Shown here piece by piece: positions 1 to 7,517 of a stretch of 33,504 bases of DNA. Both the position numbers and the translations under genes were made by a program. The DNA is from Myxococcales bacterium (GTDB taxonomy: Bacteria > Myxococcota_A > Polyangia > Haliangiales > Haliangiaceae): contig JAYUYE010000825.1 in the NCBI GenBank assembly GCA_043752985.1, positions 1 through 33,504 on the forward strand, given 5' to 3'. Position 1 is the stretch's first letter, and each line of letters begins with the position of its first letter. The notes under the pieces are model-generated. The model ran no database searches and was not told the DNA's origin. It saw nothing but the letters and a program-made list of their open reading frames with translations.

Positions 1-366
1 TCTCGCTACGTCGCCGAACGCAAGCAGTTCGGGAGGGCGATCGGCGAGTATGGACTCACCCGCTACCACCTCGGACGCATGGCCTCGAGACTCACGGCCG
101 CGCGGGCGATCACCTACGCCGCTGCCACGGCGATGGATGGCGACGAGCGCCGTGCGTCCCCGCTCGCCGCGATGGCCAAGCTGTTTGCCTGCGACGTCGC
201 GGTCGAGGTCACCCAGCTCGGACAATTGCTCCACGGCGGCTGGGGGTACGCCGAGGAGTATCCGATCAGCCGCTATGTGGCCGACGCGCAGGTCCTCCCG
301 ATCTTCGAAGGCGTGAAACCCATCCTCACGCTCAAGGTGATCGGTCGATCGCTCCTGGCTAGGTGA
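1..366 (+). CDS. Acyl-CoA dehydrogenase, C-terminal fragment (5' end outside the window)
   Basis: Frame 1 is open from base 1 (SRYVAERKQFGRAIGEYGLTRYHLGRMASRL...) to TGA 364-366. It carries ACAD C-terminal helical-domain signatures: R-x-QFG-x-x-I and AKLFA...Q..GG.GY..EYP..R...DA....I.EG. Confidence 0.85.
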   Translation, partial: SRYVAERKQFGRAIGEYGLTRYHLGRMASRLTAARAITYAAATAMDGDERRASPLAAMAKLFACDVAVEVTQLGQLLHGGWGYAEEYPISRYVADAQVLPIFEGVKPILTLKVIGRSLLAR

Positions 367-420
367 TCACCCGAGCCTGGAATGCAGGCCACAGCTACCC
401 CACGAGCATCCGCCCAGGAA

Positions 421-450
421 TTCCCATTAGCCTGGCAGCCCGTCTATGAT
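421..450 (+). promoter_or_regulatory. Putative sigma70-type promoter (TTCCCA-N18-TATGAT) upstream of the vWA/Cys-rich gene
   Basis: The gap after the ACAD stop contains a locally AT-richer island. TTCCCA at 421-426 is -35-like and TATGAT at 445-450 is -10-like (5/6 match to TATAAT). The -10 element ends 9 nt before ATG 460. This is a motif match only. Confidence 0.2.
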
Positions 451-459
451 GTCAGGCCT

Positions 460-3400
460 ATGAGAAATCTGTACGCGTGGCTAGGAGTGGCCATGCTGAT
501 GGTTGCGTTCGCTTGGACTCCGGCGCGCGCGCAGGCGAACGAACCGCTCAAGCCGTACGTCGTGTTCACGCTCGATACATCAGGATCGATGGTGAACACC
601 GGCGCGGGCGAAGGCAACCCGACCGGTGCAGGTCCGCCGAGCTGCGGCGGTGTCGACAACCGACTCAATCACGCGAAGTGCGCGATCAACAAGATCGTCA
701 ACTCGTACGGCGACATGGTGTTCGCACTGGGACGGTTCCGCGAGACTCCGGGCGGAACGTTCGCGACGACGTGCGACGCGAACGGTGACGGTCAAGGTGG
801 CGGAACCGATCAGTGCACGTCGGCTGGCGTGGCGTGCGGTGGCTGCGCATGCAACGGGACGGGCGCGTGCGGAAGCGGCTGCACGACGGATATGCGCGCG
901 GACCACCGGTTCGAGCTGCTGACCGGACTTGTCGACGGCAACAACGAGCTCGCGGGCTATTTGACCGACAGCGCGTGCGGCACGTGCGCGCTCCCTGCGG
1001 TGGGTACCGCGCCGACGCCGGTCAACGAGATCTGGGGCGCAGGTAGCTGGACGCCGCTCGGCGGCACGCTGCTCGGTGCCCACCGCTACTGGCAGGGTCT
1101 CCAGGCGAGCAACGGCACGGTGATCTGGCCGAGCTCGGCATCGCCGACGAGCGGCTTCGATCCGATCCGGTTCGACGTGAAGAAGACAAATTTCCTGCCG
1201 AACGGTTGCAACCCGAACCCGGCGGTCTGCGGAACTGCCGGCAACGCGCCCTGCTGTGCGTCGCAGTGTCGCCCGTACATCACCATTCTCCTCACCGACG
1301 GTGACGAGACATGCGGTGGCAACGCTCCGGCCGCTGCACTCGCTGCGAAGAACAACACGGTCATCGACGGTCGTCAGTACCGGATCGAGACGAAGGTGAT
1401 CGGCATGGGCATCGCGCCCGGCGACGCCGACATCGAAGCGATCGCCGTCGCCGGCAGCCTCAGCCCCGACCCGCTCGGCAACGATGGCTACTACGCGAAC
1501 GACGAGACGTCGCTGCAGCTCGCGATCTCGCAGATCCTCGACGACGCGATCCGGACCGAGGTCTGCAACACGCTCGACGACGATTGCGACTCGATCGCCG
1601 ACGAAGGCTTCGCCACGGGCGGCGCCTGCAACAACGGCCGGCTCGGTCAGTGCCGCGTCGTCGGCACCACGGGCTGCCGCGCGGATGGCGCCGGCACCCA
1701 GTGCAACGCGGGTCGCGAGCCCGAGTGCGACGGCGCCGCCGATGGCACGGCCTGCACGGTCGTCAATGCGACCAGTACGCCGCCTGCTCCGGGCGTCGCG
1801 GGTACCTGCATCTCGAACATCTGCTCGCCGACGGCGGTCGGCACGCCCGGAAACCCCTCCAACGAAGTCCCGCTCGGCTGCAACAACCTCGATGACGACT
1901 GCGACGGCTTGATCGACGAGAACGTCACCGGTTGCGTGTGCATCCCGATGACCGAGATCTGCGACGGCGATGACGACGACTGCGACGGCAACGTCGACGA
2001 GAACACCTCGGTTCCGTGCGCGAACGGCACCTGCACCGGCGTTCGTCCGTGCAACGGAGTCGCTGGTCTCGGCGCCTGCACCGCGGCGCAGCCCGGGCCC
2101 GCCGAGATCTGTAACGGCATCGACGACACCTGCGACGGCATCATCGATGGCTTCCAGGAGTCGTGCTCGAACATGACCTGCCCGGGTGGTGCGTGCACTG
2201 GCGGCGTCGCTGGCGAGCGCACGTGTGTTGGCGGCGCGCGCGCGAACCTGCGCTGCGACACGTTCCCCGCGTTCGACCCGCGCAACAACCCCGGTGGCAA
2301 CCCGACTTCCGCGTGTCAGATCGGCCCGAACGCCGCGGTCTGCGTGTGCAACCCCGGCAACCGGACGTGTCCGGGCAATCCTCCGGGCGTGTTCACCTCG
2401 TGCGTTCAGGAAGTCCAGCCCGGCATCGAGATCTGTAATCTCCTCGATGACGACTGCGACGGCCGCGTCGACGAGACCCCGCCGGTCTCGTGCACCACGG
2501 ATGCGCAGTGCGCGACCACACCGATGACCCCGGACTGCGATGCCGGCATGTGCCGTCCCGCGGACTGCTCGATCAACAGCTGCGGCGGAGAGCTGCTCTG
2601 CACCAACGGCGTGCAGGCTTGCACCGCGGTCAGCGGCGTCGATAACACGTGCAACGGTATCGACGAGGACTGCGACATGTCCGTCGACGAGGGCTGGCGC
2701 TGCACGGATCCGGACGGCGCGGACAACATCCCGAACAACGCGGACGACTGTCCGTGCACCGCGGGTGGTCAGTGCAACGCGCACGAGTCGTGCGAGAACG
2801 GCGGCGTCGTCTGCACCGGTGATCCGGTCGGTCAGGAGAGCTGCAACTGCCTCGACGACAACTGCAACGGCCAGGTCGATGAAGGCGCCTTGTGCGGCGC
2901 CGGCGCGACATGTACGAGCTGCCAGTGCGCGTTCCAGTGCATCCCCGGCGAGTTTGCGTGCCCGATGGGCAAGGCGTGCATCGGCGGCTTCTGCCTCGCG
3001 GACCCGTGCTTCAACTTCACGTGCCCGGTGGTCGCTGGCGACAAGCAGCTCTGCCGTCCGAAGGCCACGAACCCGAGTGACAAGGAGTGCGTCTCGGCGT
3101 GTGCGCCGGGCGTGCACAACTGCAACGCGCCGAACATCTGCTTCCTGCCGACCGGTGAGTGCAAGCCGGATGACTGCACGACGTTCCCGGATCGCTGCGC
3201 GGCCAACCAGAACTGCATCAACGGTACGTGCATCACCAACCCGTGCCAGGGCGTGACGTGCGCCGCGGGTCAGACCTGCGTCGGTGGTCAGTGCTTCGGT
3301 AGCTGCGCCGGCGTGATGTGCGGTGATGGTCAGCGTTGCCGCCTCGGCGTCTGCGAGACCAACCCGTGCAACCCGCCGTGCCCCGCGGGCAAGGTCTGTC

Positions 3401-3732
3401 AGGACGATGATGGCTCGTGCATCCCGAACCCGTGTGGCTTCGTGGTCTGTCCGCAGGGTCAGTACTGCAACGCGAACAACAACGGCATGTGCGAGGACGA
3501 TCCGTGCGAGATCTTCGACATCCAGTGCGCGACGGGGGAGGTCTGCGTCGGTGGCACGTGCTTCGACGAGGATGACTTCAAGCCCGACGCGGGCGAGACG
3601 GTGCTCGTCACCACGGGTGGCGGCGGCGGCTGCAGCACGAACGGGTCACAGACGCCGGGGGCAGGCTCGCTCCTCCTCGGCCTCGGGCTCGTGATGGTGC
3701 TACGCCGCCGGCGCGACGGAGGTGCTTCGTGA
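460..3732 (+). CDS. Secreted vWA (MIDAS) domain protein with Cys/Asp repeat array, Cys-knot stalk and MYXO-CTERM-type C-terminal sorting tail
   Basis: The ORF spans 382-3732. The preferred start ATG 460 gives a classical signal peptide, MRNLYAWLGVAMLMVAFAWTPARAQA. The vWA domain has a full MIDAS set: DTSGS at 574-588, Thr in SWTPLGG at 1051-1053, and TDGDET at 1294-1311. Seven E-[IV]-C-N-x-x-D-D-D-C-D-G-x-x-D-E repeats lie at 1564-2886. These are followed by NPC..C..G..C..G.C repeats and the tail GGGGGCS...SLLLGLGLVMVLRRRR. Confidence 0.85.
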   Translation: MRNLYAWLGVAMLMVAFAWTPARAQANEPLKPYVVFTLDTSGSMVNTGAGEGNPTGAGPPSCGGVDNRLNHAKCAINKIVNSYGDMVFALGRFRETPGGTFATTCDANGDGQGGGTDQCTSAGVACGGCACNGTGACGSGCTTDMRADHRFELLTGLVDGNNELAGYLTDSACGTCALPAVGTAPTPVNEIWGAGSWTPLGGTLLGAHRYWQGLQASNGTVIWPSSASPTSGFDPIRFDVKKTNFLPNGCNPNPAVCGTAGNAPCCASQCRPYITILLTDGDETCGGNAPAAALAAKNNTVIDGRQYRIETKVIGMGIAPGDADIEAIAVAGSLSPDPLGNDGYYANDETSLQLAISQILDDAIRTEVCNTLDDDCDSIADEGFATGGACNNGRLGQCRVVGTTGCRADGAGTQCNAGREPECDGAADGTACTVVNATSTPPAPGVAGTCISNICSPTAVGTPGNPSNEVPLGCNNLDDDCDGLIDENVTGCVCIPMTEICDGDDDDCDGNVDENTSVPCANGTCTGVRPCNGVAGLGACTAAQPGPAEICNGIDDTCDGIIDGFQESCSNMTCPGGACTGGVAGERTCVGGARANLRCDTFPAFDPRNNPGGNPTSACQIGPNAAVCVCNPGNRTCPGNPPGVFTSCVQEVQPGIEICNLLDDDCDGRVDETPPVSCTTDAQCATTPMTPDCDAGMCRPADCSINSCGGELLCTNGVQACTAVSGVDNTCNGIDEDCDMSVDEGWRCTDPDGADNIPNNADDCPCTAGGQCNAHESCENGGVVCTGDPVGQESCNCLDDNCNGQVDEGALCGAGATCTSCQCAFQCIPGEFACPMGKACIGGFCLADPCFNFTCPVVAGDKQLCRPKATNPSDKECVSACAPGVHNCNAPNICFLPTGECKPDDCTTFPDRCAANQNCINGTCITNPCQGVTCAAGQTCVGGQCFGSCAGVMCGDGQRCRLGVCETNPCNPPCPAGKVCQDDDGSCIPNPCGFVVCPQGQYCNANNNGMCEDDPCEIFDIQCATGEVCVGGTCFDEDDFKPDAGETVLVTTGGGGGCSTNGSQTPGAGSLLLGLGLVMVLRRRRDGGAS
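1564..2886 (+). repeat. Array of seven protein-level Cys/Asp repeats (MopE-like / LDL-receptor-A-like acidic cage motif)
   Basis: The seven units are CNTLDDDCDSIADEG, CNNLDDDCDGLIDEN, CDGDDDDCDGNVDEN, CNGIDDTCDGIIDG, CNLLDDDCDGRVDET, CNGIDEDCDMSVDEG and CNCLDDNCNGQVDEG. Cys-rich linkers of variable length separate them. Confidence 0.8.
3616..3729 (+). other. MYXO-CTERM-like sorting signal (Gly-Cys motif, hydrophobic helix, Arg cluster)
   Basis: The last 38 residues are GGGGGCSTNGSQTPGAGSLLLGLGLVMVLRRRRDGGAS. Confidence 0.7.
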
Positions 3733-6700
3733 AGACGGTCCCCCTGCGTGGCCTCGTCGTCGCCGCCTTCGCGGCGAGCGCGGCGACGTCGCTGTCCTGC
3801 GACGTCAACGAGTACTGCATCGGCTGCGCCGTCAACGACGACGGCGGTAACGGCGACGGGAACGATGGTGGCGACGGCGACGCGATCGATGCGCCGGACG
3901 GCGACGCCCCGGACGCATCGACGTGCGTGCCGACCGGCCCCGAGGTCTGCGACAACAAGGACAACGACTGCGACACCAAGACCGACGAAGGCAGCCTGCC
4001 GACGATCGGCGAGGCGTGCTCGACGGCCCCGGCCGTCAACTCCGGTCAGGGCGAGTGCGCGGGCGGCGTCAAGCAGTGCAGCACCGCCGGCACGATCGTG
4101 TGCAGCAAGCCGCCGGCACCGGAGCTGTGCGATCTCAAGGACAACAACTGCAACGGTCTCACCGACGAGGGAGACCCGGGTGGCGGCGCGCTGTGCGGCA
4201 CCAATACGGGTGAGTGCACGGCTGGCGTCAATCGCTGCATCACGGGTGCGATCAGCTGCGTGGGCTCGATCGGCACCGTCGGTGGTCAGCCAGAGGTCTG
4301 CAACAACCGCGATGACGACTGCGACGGCATGTTCGACGAGATGGTCGCGACCGGTGGCCCGTGCACCACGGGCACCAACACCGGCCTCTGTGATCGCGGC
4401 ACGCTGTCGTGCCTCGGTGGTGTCGAGACCTGCGTCGGCCAGATCGGCCCGACGTTCGAGCTGTGCGACGGCTTCGACCAGGACTGCGACGGCAACACCA
4501 CCAACGGCTACGACCTGCTGACGGACGTCCAGAACTGCGGCATGTGCGGCATGGCCTGCAACCTGCCGAACGCGTTCGAGGGCTGTGCCGCCGGCGCCTG
4601 CACGATCCTTGCGTGCGCACCGAACTTCTTCAACAACAACAACGTCGCTTTGGACGGCTGCGAGTTCAACTGCGGTCATCCGTTCCTCGGCGCCGAGATC
4701 TGCAACGGGATCGACGACGACTGCGACGGGCTCGTCGACGGCGCGGATCTGGACATGATCGCGCCGACCGGTCTGTGCGACGGCGATGGCGCGTGCTCGA
4801 CGCTGACCACGCTGTTCTGCGGTCCGCCGCCCAACATGCCGACCGGCACGATCACCTGGCGCTGCGACTACGCGAACCCGAATGTCTCCAAGGACGCGAG
4901 CGGCAACTTGATCCCCGAGACGCGCTGTGACAGCGACATCGTCGCCGGCGTCCAGGCCGATAATGACTGCGACGGCCGGATCGACGAGGCGCAGGAGCCG
5001 AACCTCGGCAACCTGTGCAGCAACGGCATGCAGGGCGTCTGTGGCACCACGGGAACCTTCGCGTGCAACACCACGAACCGCGACCTCGCGGCCGTCTGTA
5101 ACGCACCGGCCGGTGGAGCGATGGCGGCCGAGACCTGCGACGGTCTCAACAACAACTGCAACGGCATCATCGATGACGGTGCCACTCTCGGAAACCTGAC
5201 CGGTCAGGAGTGGGTGACCATTCCGCGCTCGACCGTCCAGATCATGAAGTACGAGGCGTCGCGCCCCGACGCGCTGGTGGCGAACCAGCTCCAGACGCAT
5301 GCGTGCTCGACCGCGGGCCGGTTGCCGTGGACCAACGTCACCTACGGTCAGGCGGAGACTGCCTGCACGTCGGTCAACGCGCGGCTCTGCACCGAAGCGG
5401 AGTGGCAGCAGATGTGTACGCCGTCGACGACGTACCCGCTCGCGGGACCGGCCACGGCGGGCCTCACCGACTTCGTGTTCATCGAGGCCGAGGACGCGTT
5501 CGCCAACACCACGATCGGTGGCAGCAATCAGGCGTGGACCAAGATCGCACCCGCCACGTTCAACGGCGTCACGGCGATGCAAGTGCCTGACAACGGCCTC
5601 GTCATCAGCGCGGCCAATGCCCTCGCGCAGTCGTCGCGACTCGACTACCAGCTCTCGTTGGCAGCGAGTACCAATTACCGGGTGTGGATGCGGATCCGGG
5701 CGCCGGGCGTCAACGCGGATCCGTATCGCGTGCACACGGCGCCGACCGCCACGCTGTCGTCGACCTCGAACGCGGCGACCCAGGTCGGCGATCTCGTGAT
5801 CGTCACCACGTGGACGCGCGGCACGGCCGGCATCCCGACCCACACGCTACAGGCGGGCTTCACGCAGATCCTCACCCAGTCGCTCGACGACGGAAACCTC
5901 GACGGTCGGCTCTCGGTGGCCTACCGGGTGGCGACCGTGGCGGGCGCGCAGCCGTACGCGGCCTACACCGCGACCGGCGGCACGAGCTACAGCGGGCTGA
6001 CCGTCCTCAAGGTCGGCAACTTCAGCGTCGCGACGATCCTGCAGGCGAGCACGAGCAACACCGGCACCGGCACTCCGAACCCGCCGACTGCGGGAACGGT
6101 CTCCGCGCCCTCGGTGGTCCTCGCGATCGGTGCGTGGCACCTCGGTGGCAACACCGTGAGCGTCACGCCGCCGACCGGCTACACCGAGCTCGGTGAGGTG
6201 GCGGGCTCCAACGTCGGCGAGCTCAGCGTCGCAACGCGGATCGTCGGGCTCGGTGGCACCGCAGATCCGGGTGCATTCGTCGACGACGTGACACCGAACG
6301 GCACTGCGGCGGCGACGATCTCGATCGCGCTCTCGGCAGGCGGCGCGAATAACTCGCTGTGGGTCGGCCTCAACGCGGGGACCACGGCGGGCGCTGCCAA
6401 TGCGGGCGATGTGGTCGTCAACAGCGTGGACCAGTGGGTGTGGGTCGTCAGCCCGCAGCTCACCAGCTCTGCCGCGGGCGGCACGCACACGTTCAGCATC
6501 TTCACGCGCGTCGACGGCGTGGTCGTCGATACTATCGCGGTGAGCGGGCAGGCCACGACGGGCCCGACGTTCGACAACTCGTGGGCGTATCAGAACAACC
6601 CGCGAACCGCGCAGCCGCAGGTCTGCAACGGTGATGATTACGACACCGACGGCAACGCGGCGAACGGCGATCAGGATGCGATCCTGACGACCGGCAATCC

Positions 6701-6920
6701 GCTACTCGGCATGTGCTTCGCGAACCAGGCGCTGACGAACGACGCGTTCGACATGAGTGGCAACGTCAAGGAGTGGACGCAGGCGCGCACCTCGGGCCAG
6801 AACCCGTTGCGCGGCGGTGCCTCCAACAACGAGGTGGCGGGTCTGACGTGCGGCTTGAATTTCACGCTCGCCGACGATCAGTTCTTCTTCCCGAACGCCG
6901 GCTTCCGTTGCTGTAGATAG
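3729..6920 (+). CDS. Cys/Asp-repeat lipoprotein with split SUMF1/FGE-sulfatase-type (C-type-lectin fold) domain carrying a CBM-like insert
   Basis: GTG 3729 overlaps the upstream TGA (GTGA, 3729-3732). The N-terminus MKTVPLRGLVVAAFAASAATSLSC is a signal peptide with a lipobox-like SLSC. Seven Cys/Asp repeats lie at 3948-5180. The FGE-type domain is in two halves: GQEWVTIPRSTVQIMKYEASRPDA...LPWTNVTYGQAETAC...RLCTEAEWQQMC (about 5202-5430) and DMSGNVKEWTQ...LRGGASNN...AGFRCCR (about 6600-6917). Confidence 0.8.
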   Translation: MKTVPLRGLVVAAFAASAATSLSCDVNEYCIGCAVNDDGGNGDGNDGGDGDAIDAPDGDAPDASTCVPTGPEVCDNKDNDCDTKTDEGSLPTIGEACSTAPAVNSGQGECAGGVKQCSTAGTIVCSKPPAPELCDLKDNNCNGLTDEGDPGGGALCGTNTGECTAGVNRCITGAISCVGSIGTVGGQPEVCNNRDDDCDGMFDEMVATGGPCTTGTNTGLCDRGTLSCLGGVETCVGQIGPTFELCDGFDQDCDGNTTNGYDLLTDVQNCGMCGMACNLPNAFEGCAAGACTILACAPNFFNNNNVALDGCEFNCGHPFLGAEICNGIDDDCDGLVDGADLDMIAPTGLCDGDGACSTLTTLFCGPPPNMPTGTITWRCDYANPNVSKDASGNLIPETRCDSDIVAGVQADNDCDGRIDEAQEPNLGNLCSNGMQGVCGTTGTFACNTTNRDLAAVCNAPAGGAMAAETCDGLNNNCNGIIDDGATLGNLTGQEWVTIPRSTVQIMKYEASRPDALVANQLQTHACSTAGRLPWTNVTYGQAETACTSVNARLCTEAEWQQMCTPSTTYPLAGPATAGLTDFVFIEAEDAFANTTIGGSNQAWTKIAPATFNGVTAMQVPDNGLVISAANALAQSSRLDYQLSLAASTNYRVWMRIRAPGVNADPYRVHTAPTATLSSTSNAATQVGDLVIVTTWTRGTAGIPTHTLQAGFTQILTQSLDDGNLDGRLSVAYRVATVAGAQPYAAYTATGGTSYSGLTVLKVGNFSVATILQASTSNTGTGTPNPPTAGTVSAPSVVLAIGAWHLGGNTVSVTPPTGYTELGEVAGSNVGELSVATRIVGLGGTADPGAFVDDVTPNGTAAATISIALSAGGANNSLWVGLNAGTTAGAANAGDVVVNSVDQWVWVVSPQLTSSAAGGTHTFSIFTRVDGVVVDTIAVSGQATTGPTFDNSWAYQNNPRTAQPQVCNGDDYDTDGNAANGDQDAILTTGNPLLGMCFANQALTNDAFDMSGNVKEWTQARTSGQNPLRGGASNNEVAGLTCGLNFTLADDQFFFPNAGFRCCR
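3948..5180 (+). repeat. Second array of seven Cys/Asp repeats (same family as 1564-2886)
   Basis: The units are CDNKDNDCDTKTDEG, CDLKDNNCNGLTDEG, CNNRDDDCDGMFDE, CDGFDQDCDGN, CNGIDDDCDGLVDG, an atypical DNDCDGRIDE, and CDGLNNNCNGIIDDG. Most are preceded by E-[IVL]. Confidence 0.75.
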
Positions 6921-6923
6921 CGC

Positions 6924-7490
6924 GTGGATCTCGGTCACGAGCGTTGCACCCGCTGCCTGTTCCAGCAGCGGGCGTGTCTGTGCGCGCAGATCCCGCGGAT
7001 CGAGACCGGCACCCGGATCGTCATTGTCCGCCACCATCTCGAGAAGTGGCGGTCGTCGAATTCGGGACGGCTCGCGCACCTCGCGCTCGTCAACAGCGAG
7101 CTCGTCGATCATGGTGCCCCGGGCGGACCGACCGTCCTGCCGCCTCTCGATGGCGCGTGGCTGGTGTTTCCCGAGGGCGAGCCGCGGCAGGTAGGCCCGG
7201 AGCCGCCGCCACGTCAGCTCGTGTTCCTCGATGCCACCTGGTCGCAGGCGCGACGAATGTTCCGCAAGATCTCGGCGCTGCGCGGGCTGCCGATCCTGCG
7301 GCTCCCTGACGTGCCGATGCGGGCGGCACGGTTCCGCGAATCGCCGGGCGAGGGTCGGGTATCGACGCTCGAGGCGATCGCGGGAGCGCTCCGCCTCATC
7401 GAGGGGGAGGCCCCAGCGGCCCCCCTGGAGAGCCTGTTCGAACTTGCGGTATCCCGGGCAGTTGCGACGGGCCGGTCGCTGGATTCCTGA
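6924..7490 (+). CDS. DTW-domain protein (tRNA-uridine aminocarboxypropyltransferase family, TapT/YfiP-like)
   Basis: The GTG start lies 3 nt after the upstream stop. The protein has an N-terminal C-x2-C...C-x-C cluster (CTRCLFQQRACLC), IVIVRHHLE, NSGRL, the diagnostic LDATW motif (FLDATWSQARRM) and VSTLEAIA. Confidence 0.75.
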   Translation: MDLGHERCTRCLFQQRACLCAQIPRIETGTRIVIVRHHLEKWRSSNSGRLAHLALVNSELVDHGAPGGPTVLPPLDGAWLVFPEGEPRQVGPEPPPRQLVFLDATWSQARRMFRKISALRGLPILRLPDVPMRAARFRESPGEGRVSTLEAIAGALRLIEGEAPAAPLESLFELAVSRAVATGRSLDS

Positions 7491-7517
7491 CGGCCATTCC
7501 ACTAACCTTCAGAGGCA

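Noticed and set aside
433-450. Possible sigma54 promoter at TGGCAG (433-438)
   Set aside because: The -24-like TGGCA is not followed at the correct spacing by a -12 TTGC/GC element; the downstream sequence is CCCGTCTATGA.
1564-5180. Repeat arrays considered as a CRISPR array or DNA tandem repeat
   Set aside because: The periodicity is at the protein level only. Spacing is variable, codon usage differs between units, and everything lies inside long ORFs. There are no direct DNA repeats with uniform spacers.
580-5843. Very long antisense ORFs (580-3117, 845 aa; 3459-5843, 794 aa) opposite the two Cys-rich genes
   Set aside because: The translations are Arg/Ala/Asp/Val-rich low-complexity sequence with no motifs. 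They are typical shadow ORFs in high-GC DNA. The sense frames carry coherent domains and signal peptides.
5202-6917. Annotation as a genuine formylglycine-generating enzyme (sulfatase maturase)
   Set aside because: There is no sulfatase gene in the window, and the catalytic Cys pair of true FGEs is not evident in the C-terminal half. The domain is exported, fused to adhesin-like repeats and interrupted by a large insert. A binding role is more plausible.
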